Positions 1-9,509 of a stretch of 64,000 bases of DNA are shown here, in pieces. The position numbers and the translations under genes are program-made. Source of the DNA: Bacilli bacterium. Its GTDB lineage: Bacteria > Bacillota_I > Bacilli_A > RFN20 > CAG-826. The stretch spans positions 202,736 through 266,735 of the forward strand of contig DASRNI010000028.1 in the NCBI GenBank assembly GCA_035647455.1, in the 5' to 3' direction. The notes under the pieces were generated by a model. It worked only from the letters and a program-made list of their open reading frames with translations, was not told the DNA's origin and ran no database searches. How positions within the stretch are numbered: position 1 is the first letter of the stretch; the number at the start of each line of letters is the position of its first letter.

Positions 1-244
1 AATGATCCTCTAGTAGTAACGAGTAATCGTTCTTGTAAAGGGGGTCTTTTTTTATTCAAGTGACGGTAAAAAGCGCTTAGAAATAACAAAACCGATAAAA
101 TCAAAATAAACGAAATTAAAGTGAATTTATCAGAAAAATCATCTTTTTAAATCTAAAAATTACCTTTTTTAATAAAAACAACTAAAAATCGCCATTTTAT
201 GTGATTAATGCATTGTTTTCATGCTAAAATAAAAATGAATTTTT

Positions 245-1063
245 ATGAGAGGCGGTTTCAACATGGTTTCATTACTTAATAACATTTATCGCAACTTAGC
301 ATTGATTAGTTTTTTCAGTCAAAAGGGCGATTTAGCGGAGTTTATTATCGTTACATTAATTATTGTAGTAACGAGTACTTTGCTTTTTATTATTTTGAAA
401 AGATTGTGGCCGCGTATTATTTTAGTTGTCACTAGTTTACTCATTATTGTCGCAATTCTTTTTAAGTTAACAAATTTAGTAATTGTTACAAGTGTTATTT
501 ATATTTTGCTTGCTAACGTCTTTCTCTTTGGTAACATTACTGAAGTTCGCTGGATTATTTCAAATACTGCTTCAAAAAAAGATCGTCGTCGTGGTCAACG
601 TAAATTCCGAAAAATTTATGATCAAGATTCAATGCTACTTCAAGTCCAAAATGCTGTACGCAGTTTAGCGAAAACAAGAACAGGGGCACTCATTACATTT
701 GAACTCGGTACACCGCTTACAGAAGCGCTTAAAAACGGCACACCGATTAATGCACCGGTAACCGGTCCACTACTTACAACAATCTTTTATAAAGGTACAG
801 CGCTTCATGATGGTGCTGTAGTTATTCGTGATGACGAAATTATTGCGGCAAGTGTTTACTTTACCCCATCGACGAAGCCACTACCGGGTAAAGTTGGTTC
901 AAGGCACCGTGCTGCGCTCGGAATTAGCGAAGTGACCGATTCAGTTACTTTAGTTGTTAGTGAAGAAACTGGTCGTGTTTCGATCGCTTACAAAGGCGAA
1001 TTAAGACGGATTGCAATTGAAGATGTACAAAAAGTAATTGCAGAGCATTTAGTGAAGGCTTAA
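245..1063 (+). CDS. cdaA: Diadenylate cyclase CdaA (membrane-anchored c-di-AMP synthase)
   Basis: 272-aa ORF. The hydrophobic N-terminal third (about 3 TM helices) is followed by a DAC domain with conserved stretches GALITFE, TALHDGAVVI, GSRHRAALGISE and SEETGRVS. glmM follows directly, as in Bacillota. Alternative in-frame ATG at 263. Confidence 0.9.
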   Translation: MRGGFNMVSLLNNIYRNLALISFFSQKGDLAEFIIVTLIIVVTSTLLFIILKRLWPRIILVVTSLLIIVAILFKLTNLVIVTSVIYILLANVFLFGNITEVRWIISNTASKKDRRRGQRKFRKIYDQDSMLLQVQNAVRSLAKTRTGALITFELGTPLTEALKNGTPINAPVTGPLLTTIFYKGTALHDGAVVIRDDEIIAASVYFTPSTKPLPGKVGSRHRAALGISEVTDSVTLVVSEETGRVSIAYKGELRRIAIEDVQKVIAEHLVKA

Positions 1064-1064
1064 A

Positions 1065-2384
1065 ATGAAATACTTTGGCACAGACGGAATTCGTGGTAAC
1101 GCTAAAGAGTTATTTACCTATGAATTAAGCTATCGGATTGGTTTTTTTCTTGGTCGTTACCAGAAGAGTAATAAACTTGTTGTCGGTTACGATACGCGCG
1201 AAAGTGGTCCGACAATTGCTAAGGCGATTATTGAAGGTGTAAAAGCTAGTGGTGGGGCGATTATTGACATTGCCGTTATTCCAACGCCAGCGATTGCCTA
1301 TATCGTTCAAAAGCATGATTTTGATTATGGCATTATGATTAGTGCTTCACATAATCCATATGTTGATAACGGAATTAAAATCTTTGATCGGCAAGGTTAT
1401 AAAATTAGTCCAATGGTTGAAAAAGAAATCGAACGTTTTATTGATGGCGAAATTAAACTTTATCCGCGTAAAGAAAAAGTAGCAGCGATACAATTATCGG
1501 CAACTAAATTACGTCAAGATTATATTAATTATTTACGTGAAAGTTTTATTAGTAAGCAAAAGTTTAATTTACTGATTGATGCTGCTAATGGCAGCGCAAG
1601 CGCAATCATTGATGAAGTACTCAGTGGATTCCCTGTCGAAGTCACATACATTAATAAAGAGCCAAACGGTGTTAACATTAATTTAAATGGCGGTTCAACG
1701 GATTTAACTGTCTTGCAAGATTTAATTAAAGCTGAACCCGGAAAATATGATTATGGAGTTGCTTTTGATGGCGACGCCGACCGTGTTTTATTTGTCGACG
1801 CTCAAGGTGAAGTGCTTGATGGTGATCACATTATGTTTTTACTAGGGAAGTATTATAAAGATAAAGGATTACTCCATCAAAACACTGTTGTTTTAACCTT
1901 AATGGCGAATTATGGTTTGTTTAAAGCACTCAAGCAACATGATATTAAAGCCGTTGTTACTGATGTTGGTGATAAATACATTCAACGAGAAATTATCAAA
2001 AATGATTATACAGTTGGCGGCGAACAGTCAGGCCATATCATTTTTAATAAAATCGTTAAGTCAGGTGACGGTATTTTCACAATGCTTGAGATTTTGAATA
2101 TTTTAAGTGATGTCGGTGTCACGTTTAATGAATACACTCGAGATTTTAAGAAATATCCACAAATATTATTAAATATTGCGGTAAGTGATAAACAAAAAGT
2201 TTTAGGAAATGCCGAACTAGAAAAGGCAATGGCCGTTGTTCATGAAAAGCTCGATGATTCTGGTCGTCTCCTAGTTCGCGCGAGTGGAACAGAAAACTTG
2301 ATCCGCGTTATGGTTGAAGCCCAAGATCAAGAAGTTGCGCATCGCTTAGCAACGGGAATTATTGAAGTAATTAAAAAGATTTAA
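1065..2384 (+). CDS. glmM: Phosphoglucosamine mutase
   Basis: 439-aa ORF starting MKYFGTDGIRG, with phosphoserine loop SASHNPYVDNGIKIF, metal loop FDGDADR and sugar-binding GGEQSGH. The ATG lies 1 nt after the cdaA stop. Confidence 0.93.
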   Translation: MKYFGTDGIRGNAKELFTYELSYRIGFFLGRYQKSNKLVVGYDTRESGPTIAKAIIEGVKASGGAIIDIAVIPTPAIAYIVQKHDFDYGIMISASHNPYVDNGIKIFDRQGYKISPMVEKEIERFIDGEIKLYPRKEKVAAIQLSATKLRQDYINYLRESFISKQKFNLLIDAANGSASAIIDEVLSGFPVEVTYINKEPNGVNINLNGGSTDLTVLQDLIKAEPGKYDYGVAFDGDADRVLFVDAQGEVLDGDHIMFLLGKYYKDKGLLHQNTVVLTLMANYGLFKALKQHDIKAVVTDVGDKYIQREIIKNDYTVGGEQSGHIIFNKIVKSGDGIFTMLEILNILSDVGVTFNEYTRDFKKYPQILLNIAVSDKQKVLGNAELEKAMAVVHEKLDDSGRLLVRASGTENLIRVMVEAQDQEVAHRLATGIIEVIKKI

Positions 2385-2411
2385 TTAAGCATCAGTTAAG
2401 TTAATAAAAAA

Positions 2412-2437
2412 CCCGAGTTTTAACACTCGGGATTTTT
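2412..2437. terminator. Rho-independent terminator between convergent glmM and the 2462..3412 gene
   Basis: Hairpin CCCGAGT-TTTAAC-ACTCGGG followed by ATTTTT. An A-run precedes it, so it can act in both directions. Confidence 0.65.
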
Positions 2438-2461
2438 AAATATTAATCCAACTAAAATCGT

Positions 2462-3412
2462 TTAGAGTGGCTTAAAGTCGTTTTTATAATTCCAAGCGTC
2501 AGCAATATAGTCGGCTTGGCCAATTTTTCCGTCGCCTTCAATGCCGAAGAAAACAGTAATTGGGTTACTACCTTCAATATATGTATCACTGTCAGCACTT
2601 GTAAAGTCAACTTGAATAAGTGTTGGAGTTTTAAATTTGTTTGGAACCGTTAAAAATTCAAGGAAGTCATCTTGGAAATCAAAGTTACCACTGTTGTAGT
2701 AGCCAGATTTTGAAGCGCTATCGGCGATTTCACTAAAGTAATCATAAACAGCGTTACGGGTTAAGAATGCTTCAAAAGCACTTTTTGCTTCGTTATCTTC
2801 AACGACCGTATCTTCTTTTTTCCAATCTTCGTCATCTCTTCGTTTGAGTTCTTCATCGGTGAAAATTGTTTTAAGTTTGAACGGCGCACCGTCCGGATTT
2901 AAGACATTTTCATTTTCCATTAAGTATTCAAAACCATCGCGAGCTGTGTCACAAGCACCACATTTATTATCGCTTTGGACAAAAGCAATTAAGAACTTGT
3001 CATCCGCTAAGGTTGTTGAACCTGGATTGTTAAGTTCATCATAAATATCTTTTACTAATTTTTGTGCATCACTTTCTTCCGCACCTTTAAGTGAAACTTG
3101 GTATTTTTTGTAAAAAGTATCAGGGCTATTGTGGCGATCACTAATGCCACGAATTCCATCAACGATTGAAGGGATTGAAAAGATAACCCCAAAAATCACA
3201 CCAACGATAAGTAATGGTTGAACCCATGCCGTTTCACGAATCCAGCGCCAAACGGCGACAAAAAAGCGGCCAATCGGGCCAAATATTTTTCCCCAGATGC
3301 TTGGGCCACCACTTAAGCCCGCACTATTTCTATTTTTTCTCATATAAACGTAATCCCCCTCTATATTGTTAAGAGCAAGTTTAATAATATCATTGTCCCC
3401 TTTTCTTTTCAA
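2462..3412 (-). CDS. Hypothetical membrane-anchored protein with a single CxxC (CGAC) motif, possibly thioredoxin-like
   Basis: 316-aa ORF with a basic N-terminus and one strong hydrophobic segment (PLLIVGVIFGVIFSIPSIV). This is followed by an acidic soluble domain of about 220 aa containing FVQSDNKCGACD. No family recognised by eye. M24 is an alternative start. Confidence 0.5.
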   Translation of the reverse strand: MKRKGDNDIIKLALNNIEGDYVYMRKNRNSAGLSGGPSIWGKIFGPIGRFFVAVWRWIRETAWVQPLLIVGVIFGVIFSIPSIVDGIRGISDRHNSPDTFYKKYQVSLKGAEESDAQKLVKDIYDELNNPGSTTLADDKFLIAFVQSDNKCGACDTARDGFEYLMENENVLNPDGAPFKLKTIFTDEELKRRDDEDWKKEDTVVEDNEAKSAFEAFLTRNAVYDYFSEIADSASKSGYYNSGNFDFQDDFLEFLTVPNKFKTPTLIQVDFTSADSDTYIEGSNPITVFFGIEGDGKIGQADYIADAWNYKNDFKPL

Positions 3413-3514
3413 GAAAAAGGTTAAAAAAAACGTTTATCAGCTAGCCATGTTATTATTTCCGTGCTACTTGTTGTTTGTATTTACAATTAAACTAACTTAT
3501 AATCAAATAGCGAG

Positions 3515-4531
3515 GTGAATATGAAGAAGAAAAAGAGCATTTCCATAAAACAAATAAAAGAGATTTTTAAAAGGACAAAAGCCCGAACATTTTGGGAGCT
3601 GACATTTGTCACTTTAATGGTTATTTTAAGTGCTTTTACATTCGCCCTTTCTTTTCGTTTATTTATTGCCCCAACAGTATTGCAAGAAAATCAAATCGGT
3701 TTTGTTAGTGGCGGCGTAAGTGGGCTTAGTCAAAACGTTGTCAAGTTAATTTATGATATTTTTGGCGTTAAAAGTCTTAACCCTTCAACGCTGCAATCAA
3801 TTTTATATTTTATTCTTAATATTCCGGTCTTTTTCCTTGGGTGGCGAAAAATCGGTAAACGCTTTACGATTTTCTCGATTTTAAATGTTTTTCTTGCCTC
3901 ATTCTTTATTTTTATTATCCCGGAATCATGGGAAAACGCCGTTATTTATGATTCGCAATTAACGCGAACACTTTATGCGGGTATTTTATCGGGCTTTAGT
4001 GGTGCGATTGCTTTCAAAGCAAACGTCAGTAGTGGTGGTATGGATGTTGTTGCGTATTACTTTGCGAACCGACGGAGTGAAGGTGTTGGTAAGTACACTG
4101 TTACTTTCAACGTATTCGTCGTTGCGCTTTATTTTATTTTAACGCTTATTGAACCAACTGCGGAAGTTGGTGGTGTTGCTAACCTTAATATTGCAATTAC
4201 GAGCTTTATTTCTAGTGTTACTTATTTAGTGATGGCTGGGTTCGTGATTGACTTGATGCATGTTCGTAATAAAAAGTCGCAAGTTCAAGTAATTACGAAC
4301 AAACCAGAACTTGCTAAAATATTAATTACAAACTTCCCCCATGGTGCGACAACAATTAAAGGTGTTGGTGTTTATTCAAACAATGAAAAAACGATTATTT
4401 ACATGACTGTTTCAGTGACAGAAGTAAATGACGTTGTTAATTTAATTATGGAAGTTGATGAAGGCGCCTTTATTAATGTTACTGATGTGCGCCAAGTATT
4501 TGGTAAATTTTACATTCGACCAATTAAATAA
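3515..4531 (+). CDS. YitT-family membrane protein (DUF2179 C-terminal domain)
   Basis: 338-aa ORF with 5-6 hydrophobic segments carrying YitT-type repeats (GGVSGLSQ, SSGGMDVVAYY). The C-terminal soluble domain reads HGATTIKGVGVYS...FINVTDV. Start codon uncertain (GTG 3515 or ATG 3521). Confidence 0.75.
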   Translation: MNMKKKKSISIKQIKEIFKRTKARTFWELTFVTLMVILSAFTFALSFRLFIAPTVLQENQIGFVSGGVSGLSQNVVKLIYDIFGVKSLNPSTLQSILYFILNIPVFFLGWRKIGKRFTIFSILNVFLASFFIFIIPESWENAVIYDSQLTRTLYAGILSGFSGAIAFKANVSSGGMDVVAYYFANRRSEGVGKYTVTFNVFVVALYFILTLIEPTAEVGGVANLNIAITSFISSVTYLVMAGFVIDLMHVRNKKSQVQVITNKPELAKILITNFPHGATTIKGVGVYSNNEKTIIYMTVSVTEVNDVVNLIMEVDEGAFINVTDVRQVFGKFYIRPIK

Positions 4532-4541
4532 TTTATGATCT

Positions 4542-7463
4542 TTACGTATTTCTAATCGCGTCAATTGGCCGCTTTTTACTAATACGTAAAACGGGGATTA
4601 CACTCGATAAATACGCGATAACAAGTGCAACAACAAGTAATAAAGCAATTTGGCGAATACCAAAATGAAGCAATGTAATAACTAGACCAATATCGTTGCG
4701 AATAATGTTGTTAATCCCCACGACAGCAAGGGAAACAAGGACAACGCTAATGATAAAGTCAACAAGCGCAATTACTGTAGCTTCCATCACAAAGATTGTA
4801 GCGACATCATTCCCCCGTGCACCAATCGCCCGTAAAATCCCAATTTCTTGTTTTTTATGAATTACACTTAGAGTGATGAAGTTCATAAGTAGTAATGCTG
4901 CAAAAACGGCAAAACCAATCGCTAGACCAATTAACACTTTATTAATAATTCCAAATATTTCAACTACAGTATCAATTGTTTGGGCAACTTCATTAACAAG
5001 GCGGTAATTAAAATCATCTTTTAATAATTTAAAATGAAGATTAACTAGTTTTTTAATTGCACCTCGCTCTGTCGTCATTTTCGAAATAGCAAAATCATAG
5101 CCACTATTTAAGTAAATTGGGAATTCATCTAGTGTATCACTATGGAAGAAAGATAGCCCATAATTGTTGTAAGAACTTAGTAAATCAAGGCTAATCCCGA
5201 CAATGTTATATTGTTCTAAACTTATTACTTCCTCTTTGGACATCGGGCCTTTTGTCGTTTTAATAAGTGCTTTTTCACCACCATAGGTTTCAATGAGAAT
5301 TGGTTTAAAGATTTCTTCTACGTAATATTTTCCGGGACGCTCTGGTTCGTATTTATTTGTTAAGTAGAGCGGTGGAATATCGAAATTACCTAAAAGATCG
5401 TAAACGTAATAACCGGCAAAATATTCGATTTGATTTTCAATATCAATAATTAATTCACCATATTTGTCAGCCATATAATTTAAAATAATTGGATGTTTAG
5501 TTGCGTCATTAATATATATATTCGTAACTTCATCAAGAAAATCACTGTAAACGTAATAAAAATCATTTTCCGAGCGGTTATAGAAGTAACTGTAATGGGC
5601 GATGACATCGCGAGTTCCTAACTCATTAATTTGTTTGTTTTCAAGAAAAACAATATCTTCACGCTCACTAAATGCACTAAAGCGATTTATTTCGAGGATA
5701 TATTCGTACGTATTATCGCCCTCAACTTCAGTTTCACTATAATAAATAGCGTGGTCTGGTAAAACTTGATATCGCGTGTTTTCGGCAATTAAAGCATCTT
5801 TTTTTGTTTCATTAATGAAAATTACGTTATGTGGGGAATACTTCAAATCATCTTGGAAGTTTAAATACATTTTATAATCTTCAAAATCATGAAACTGCGT
5901 GATTTCTAAAAATTCAGCATAATCTTCCTTATCAAAACCCGTATCGACAACACCGACGACTGTATAACTTTCATCTTCAGAAACATAGATTTTTTTACCA
6001 AGCATGTCATTTGGTTTTGTTATGAGAAATGTAGCGTTAGTTACGTAATCCTTATAGCCTAATTTTTCAAACTGCCCAAACGTATAGTTTGTAATCATAA
6101 TTTCGTCAACAGTAGCGGGAAAACGCGAGTTTTCAAGCAGTCTAAAGCCGAATCGGTTAAAATCTCCTAGGTTTAGTTGTAAAGCTGCTTCGGGAACTAA
6201 ATGATAGAAAGCATGTTCGTCGCGGACGTTTTCCACAAAATTGCTTGATAAATGGAAATCAAAATCGAGAAGGGGGACGAAGTTAAAAGCCGAGTCAACA
6301 TTATTTAATAAACTAATATCTTCATCGTTGAGACTCACATCATTGTAACTATTTAGCCCGGCTTGCTTAACAATAGCGGCATACTCTACATCAGTATCAA
6401 TTAATGAATCAATCATTGCCGTCCTTTTATCAAAGGCCGCCATCGTGTCGGAAATACCAAACATTGAAAATGAAAGTGAAGCTAAAACAATTGAAAAAGC
6501 AAGACGAACCTTTTTATGCTTAAGTGCGCTTGTCCCCATTTTCAAAGATGAAAGAAAAGGAAGTCGTGACTTAATAAAAGTAACTTCTTTGCGCGGTTTT
6601 GTTTCTTTTGGGGCAACTGTTTCGATAAACGCATGGTCACTCCCAGTCGTAATTAAAAGTTCATTATTTTCTTTTTGGCGTAAATATTCATTAATTGCGT
6701 CTAAGTCTTTAGCAGTTAAAGTGTATTTGGGGCGTACTTTAATACCTTCAGTAGTGAAAGTTAAGTTTTCTTCCCCTTTTTCTTGAACAGCAACCTTTGT
6801 TACATCACGAATTATTTTTCCATCTTGAAATTCAATAATCCGGTCACCATAAGTTTCTGCAAAGTCCCTATCGTGGCTTACGACAATGACGAGTCGCTCT
6901 TGTGCGAGTTTTGCTAATGTTTTAAATAACTGTTTGCCGGTTTCACTATCAAGCGCACCAGTTGGTTCGTCGGCCATAATAATGTCCGGATTTTTCACTA
7001 ATGCGCGTGCAATCGCAACACGTTGCTTTTGCCCACCAGATAATGTGTTTGGTTTGCGGCTACCTAAACCAGATAATTCAAAAAGATCAAGCATTTCATT
7101 AATTGCTTGTTCCGTCACCTTTTTGCCTTGTAATTCAAGTGCAATACCAATGTTTTGACTAACAGTAAAGTCATCAAGAACGTTATACTCTTGAAAAATA
7201 AACCCGACCATTGTGTTGCGGTAACTATCAAATTCACTTTGCTTAAAGTCGAGCGTGCTTTTACCACTAATTAGTAGTTCACCCGCGGTATACTTGTCGA
7301 GACCACCAATAACATTAAGTAAAGTTGATTTCCCTGAACCACTTTTTCCAAGGACAAAAACCATCCCTTTGTCCGCAAACTTCAAGGAGACGTTATCAAG
7401 TGCTTTGACCGTTGGTCCATTCTTTTGTTCGTAGTAACGGCTAATCTTTTTTAGTTCTAACAT
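4542..7463 (-). CDS. Fused ABC transporter ATP-binding protein / MacB-FtsX-type permease
   Basis: 973-aa ORF. The N-terminal ABC ATPase has Walker A GKSGSGKST, signature LSGGQKQRVAIARAL and Walker B IIMADEPTGALD. It is followed by one TM, a predicted extracytoplasmic region of roughly 500 aa, and a C-terminal FtsX-like bundle (ILRAIGARGNDV). Confidence 0.85.
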   Translation of the reverse strand: MLELKKISRYYEQKNGPTVKALDNVSLKFADKGMVFVLGKSGSGKSTLLNVIGGLDKYTAGELLISGKSTLDFKQSEFDSYRNTMVGFIFQEYNVLDDFTVSQNIGIALELQGKKVTEQAINEMLDLFELSGLGSRKPNTLSGGQKQRVAIARALVKNPDIIMADEPTGALDSETGKQLFKTLAKLAQERLVIVVSHDRDFAETYGDRIIEFQDGKIIRDVTKVAVQEKGEENLTFTTEGIKVRPKYTLTAKDLDAINEYLRQKENNELLITTGSDHAFIETVAPKETKPRKEVTFIKSRLPFLSSLKMGTSALKHKKVRLAFSIVLASLSFSMFGISDTMAAFDKRTAMIDSLIDTDVEYAAIVKQAGLNSYNDVSLNDEDISLLNNVDSAFNFVPLLDFDFHLSSNFVENVRDEHAFYHLVPEAALQLNLGDFNRFGFRLLENSRFPATVDEIMITNYTFGQFEKLGYKDYVTNATFLITKPNDMLGKKIYVSEDESYTVVGVVDTGFDKEDYAEFLEITQFHDFEDYKMYLNFQDDLKYSPHNVIFINETKKDALIAENTRYQVLPDHAIYYSETEVEGDNTYEYILEINRFSAFSEREDIVFLENKQINELGTRDVIAHYSYFYNRSENDFYYVYSDFLDEVTNIYINDATKHPIILNYMADKYGELIIDIENQIEYFAGYYVYDLLGNFDIPPLYLTNKYEPERPGKYYVEEIFKPILIETYGGEKALIKTTKGPMSKEEVISLEQYNIVGISLDLLSSYNNYGLSFFHSDTLDEFPIYLNSGYDFAISKMTTERGAIKKLVNLHFKLLKDDFNYRLVNEVAQTIDTVVEIFGIINKVLIGLAIGFAVFAALLLMNFITLSVIHKKQEIGILRAIGARGNDVATIFVMEATVIALVDFIISVVLVSLAVVGINNIIRNDIGLVITLLHFGIRQIALLLVVALVIAYLSSVIPVLRISKKRPIDAIRNT

Positions 7464-7468
7464 ATTTT

Positions 7469-8488
7469 TTACTCCTTAAGCGACACTTCCATGTCGACTC
7501 CGTATTCTTTTGTTCGTAAAGCGGCTAAACTTTGTTCGACGCTTGCTTTGATGGCAAGGTTAATATCATCTTCAGGTATATTTAACAGTTTTGCCCCAAG
7601 GTCAGGACTTATAAATTGTTTACTACATTGCATTGGGCCGAATTTCCGTAAATTTAACCCACCTTCGAAACCTGCGCGCTTTTCTTTCCGCGCCATCGCT
7701 TTTAGAACAAGCTTAAAAATAAAGTTCGGCAATGTTATTATTTTTTTATTTGGCGTTCCCATATACTTATGGAAAATTTTGAAAAGCTCCCGCCACGTTA
7801 AGTTAGCAGTCGCAAGTGGATAAACATTACTTTGTTCTTGCCGTGTTGCATTAAAAATAGCATGGCCAACTTGTTTTGACGTAATAAGTGCTGTGCCCCC
7901 TTTACTAAAGAAAGTTGCCGGTTTCATTTTCTTAATCATCTCAAGTAGAAAAACCCAAACTGGCTTTCTTCCTGGCTGCGTCCCGAAAATATAAGGTAAT
8001 TCTAAAACAGACACATGAAAAGTATCAGTTTGGTGACTTAAGGCCATTTCAAGCTGGTTTTGCCGGCTTTTAATGTAAGGATGGTTTTCAGTTAAGTTTA
8101 ATTCGGGCCGTGTTTTAACGAAGTAAGTGAAGTAAGAACCTAAAATAACCGCATGCTTTACTTGATTTTTTTTGGCAAATTTAAGTAAGCGTTCAAGTGG
8201 TGTAACATTAAATTTTTCGAAAAAGTCATATGCTGGCGGAGCGACTTTAACGCGCTCATCAACACCAGCGGCAAAAACAAAGTAATCAATATCACGAAAA
8301 ACTTGATCAAGCTTTTCATCACTTATCGTTAAGTAATTTTCAAAAATGAGTTCGACACGCGGGTCTTTTTTATAACCTTTAGGTAATGCGGGCAAGCTTA
8401 AACCGCGAACTGTATCGCCATTTTCAAGAAAGACTTTACACGCTTCGCTGCCGAGCAGACCGGTCACGCCAATAATTAAAACGTTCAT
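7469..8488 (-). CDS. NAD-dependent epimerase/dehydratase family protein (extended SDR)
   Basis: 339-aa ORF with an N-terminal Rossmann motif IIGVTGLLGSE. Substrate unknown. Lies 5 nt downstream of the ABC fusion gene on the same strand. Confidence 0.65.
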   Translation of the reverse strand: MNVLIIGVTGLLGSEACKVFLENGDTVRGLSLPALPKGYKKDPRVELIFENYLTISDEKLDQVFRDIDYFVFAAGVDERVKVAPPAYDFFEKFNVTPLERLLKFAKKNQVKHAVILGSYFTYFVKTRPELNLTENHPYIKSRQNQLEMALSHQTDTFHVSVLELPYIFGTQPGRKPVWVFLLEMIKKMKPATFFSKGGTALITSKQVGHAIFNATRQEQSNVYPLATANLTWRELFKIFHKYMGTPNKKIITLPNFIFKLVLKAMARKEKRAGFEGGLNLRKFGPMQCSKQFISPDLGAKLLNIPEDDINLAIKASVEQSLAALRTKEYGVDMEVSLKE

Positions 8489-8571
8489 ATGCCTCTTAAT
8501 TTTACACTATCTGTTTGAAGTGTAATACATTATATTTAAATTTGCTGTTTGCAACATACTTTATTTAAAAA

Positions 8572-8662
8572 TGGCGGAGAAAGAGGGATTCGAACCCTCG
8601 CACCTTTTGACAGGTCTACTAGCTTTCCAAGCCAGCCCCTTCAGCCACTTGGGTATTTCTCC
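8572..8662 (-). tRNA. tRNA-Ser (anticodon GGA)
   Basis: The reverse complement folds as a class II tRNA. Acceptor GGAGAAA/TTTCTCC; anticodon stem CTGGC/GCTAG with loop TTGGAAA; long variable arm; T-arm GAGGGTTCGAATCCCTC; encoded CCA. Confidence 0.9.
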
Positions 8663-8686
8663 AATGCCTTAACTATTATAACAACA

Positions 8687-9451
8687 CTAGCGCAGTTTGT
8701 CATTATTATTTCTTTTCACAAGTAGCGGTTTTAATTGAACAACAGCTAAAGTTACAAAGTACGGTACGAAGAGTTGGAAGACAAAAAAGAAAATTTGAAA
8801 TAATGGCACACTTAACTCATAAATTTTATTTAAAATATTGATTGCAATCGGAAACTCAAGAAACATCATATTAATGTTCAGTAGTTTGTTAAGAATAAGT
8901 GCCGGAATCATAAAGACAAGACTAAAAGCTAAGTAATAAATAAAATCATCTTTTTTAAATGAATATATTTTATGATAAACAATTAAAATCACCGTTAATA
9001 CTAAAAACGTATGGAACATAATTGAATAAATTGATAAAAAGTGAAAGGCAGGGTAATAAATTAATGAACTCGAAGGGTAACTTAAAAACGCAAGTCCGGC
9101 AATCCCCCCACCCCAAAGAAGCCAAGCGAAACTCGCCCGCTGTACTTTGTTTTTACCGAAACTTATGCCCCATAAGGCATAAATATAAAGGGAACAATAG
9201 TATAAAGGTAAATAATGATTTAAACCTGCGGTCGTAAAACCATACATCGCAATATTCCAAATAATCTTAAACAGTTCTAACGCGGTAATAACGATTGTAA
9301 TAACTTTTAATGTAGTAATAACTTTTTCTTTTTTTACGTTTTTAAGCAAGAAAAAAATTGCGATAGCAATTGCCAGAAAAATGAAGAGTAAGATGAAGTG
9401 GCCGACTGAATACATCCCCGCGGGACTATATTCGCCTTGTTTAGTAAACAT
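8687..9451 (-). CDS. Polytopic membrane protein, possibly YwaF/TMEM164-like (TIGR02206)
   Basis: 254-aa ORF, almost entirely hydrophobic (7-8 segments), containing a YLPLYYCSLY stretch reminiscent of the LPLHLC motif of that family. Weak assignment. Confidence 0.4.
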   Translation of the reverse strand: MFTKQGEYSPAGMYSVGHFILLFIFLAIAIAIFFLLKNVKKEKVITTLKVITIVITALELFKIIWNIAMYGFTTAGLNHYLPLYYCSLYIYALWGISFGKNKVQRASFAWLLWGGGIAGLAFLSYPSSSLIYYPAFHFLSIYSIMFHTFLVLTVILIVYHKIYSFKKDDFIYYLAFSLVFMIPALILNKLLNINMMFLEFPIAINILNKIYELSVPLFQIFFFVFQLFVPYFVTLAVVQLKPLLVKRNNNDKLR

Positions 9452-9509
9452 TGTGTTTTCTCCTCTTTTAATCTTAACATAATAATGTTAAGAAAGTGGT
9501 AAAATAAGA

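Noticed and set aside
1-244. Possible structured RNA or terminator at the extreme 5' end (…AAAGGGGGTCTTTTTTT)
   Set aside because: The window starts inside the element, so no complete stem can be reconstructed. The rest of the region is an AT-rich promoter-like spacer before cdaA.
6445-7823. Plus-strand ORFs 6445..6786, 6886..7158 and 7491..7823
   Set aside because: They are fully nested antisense to the well-supported ABC fusion and epimerase-family genes.
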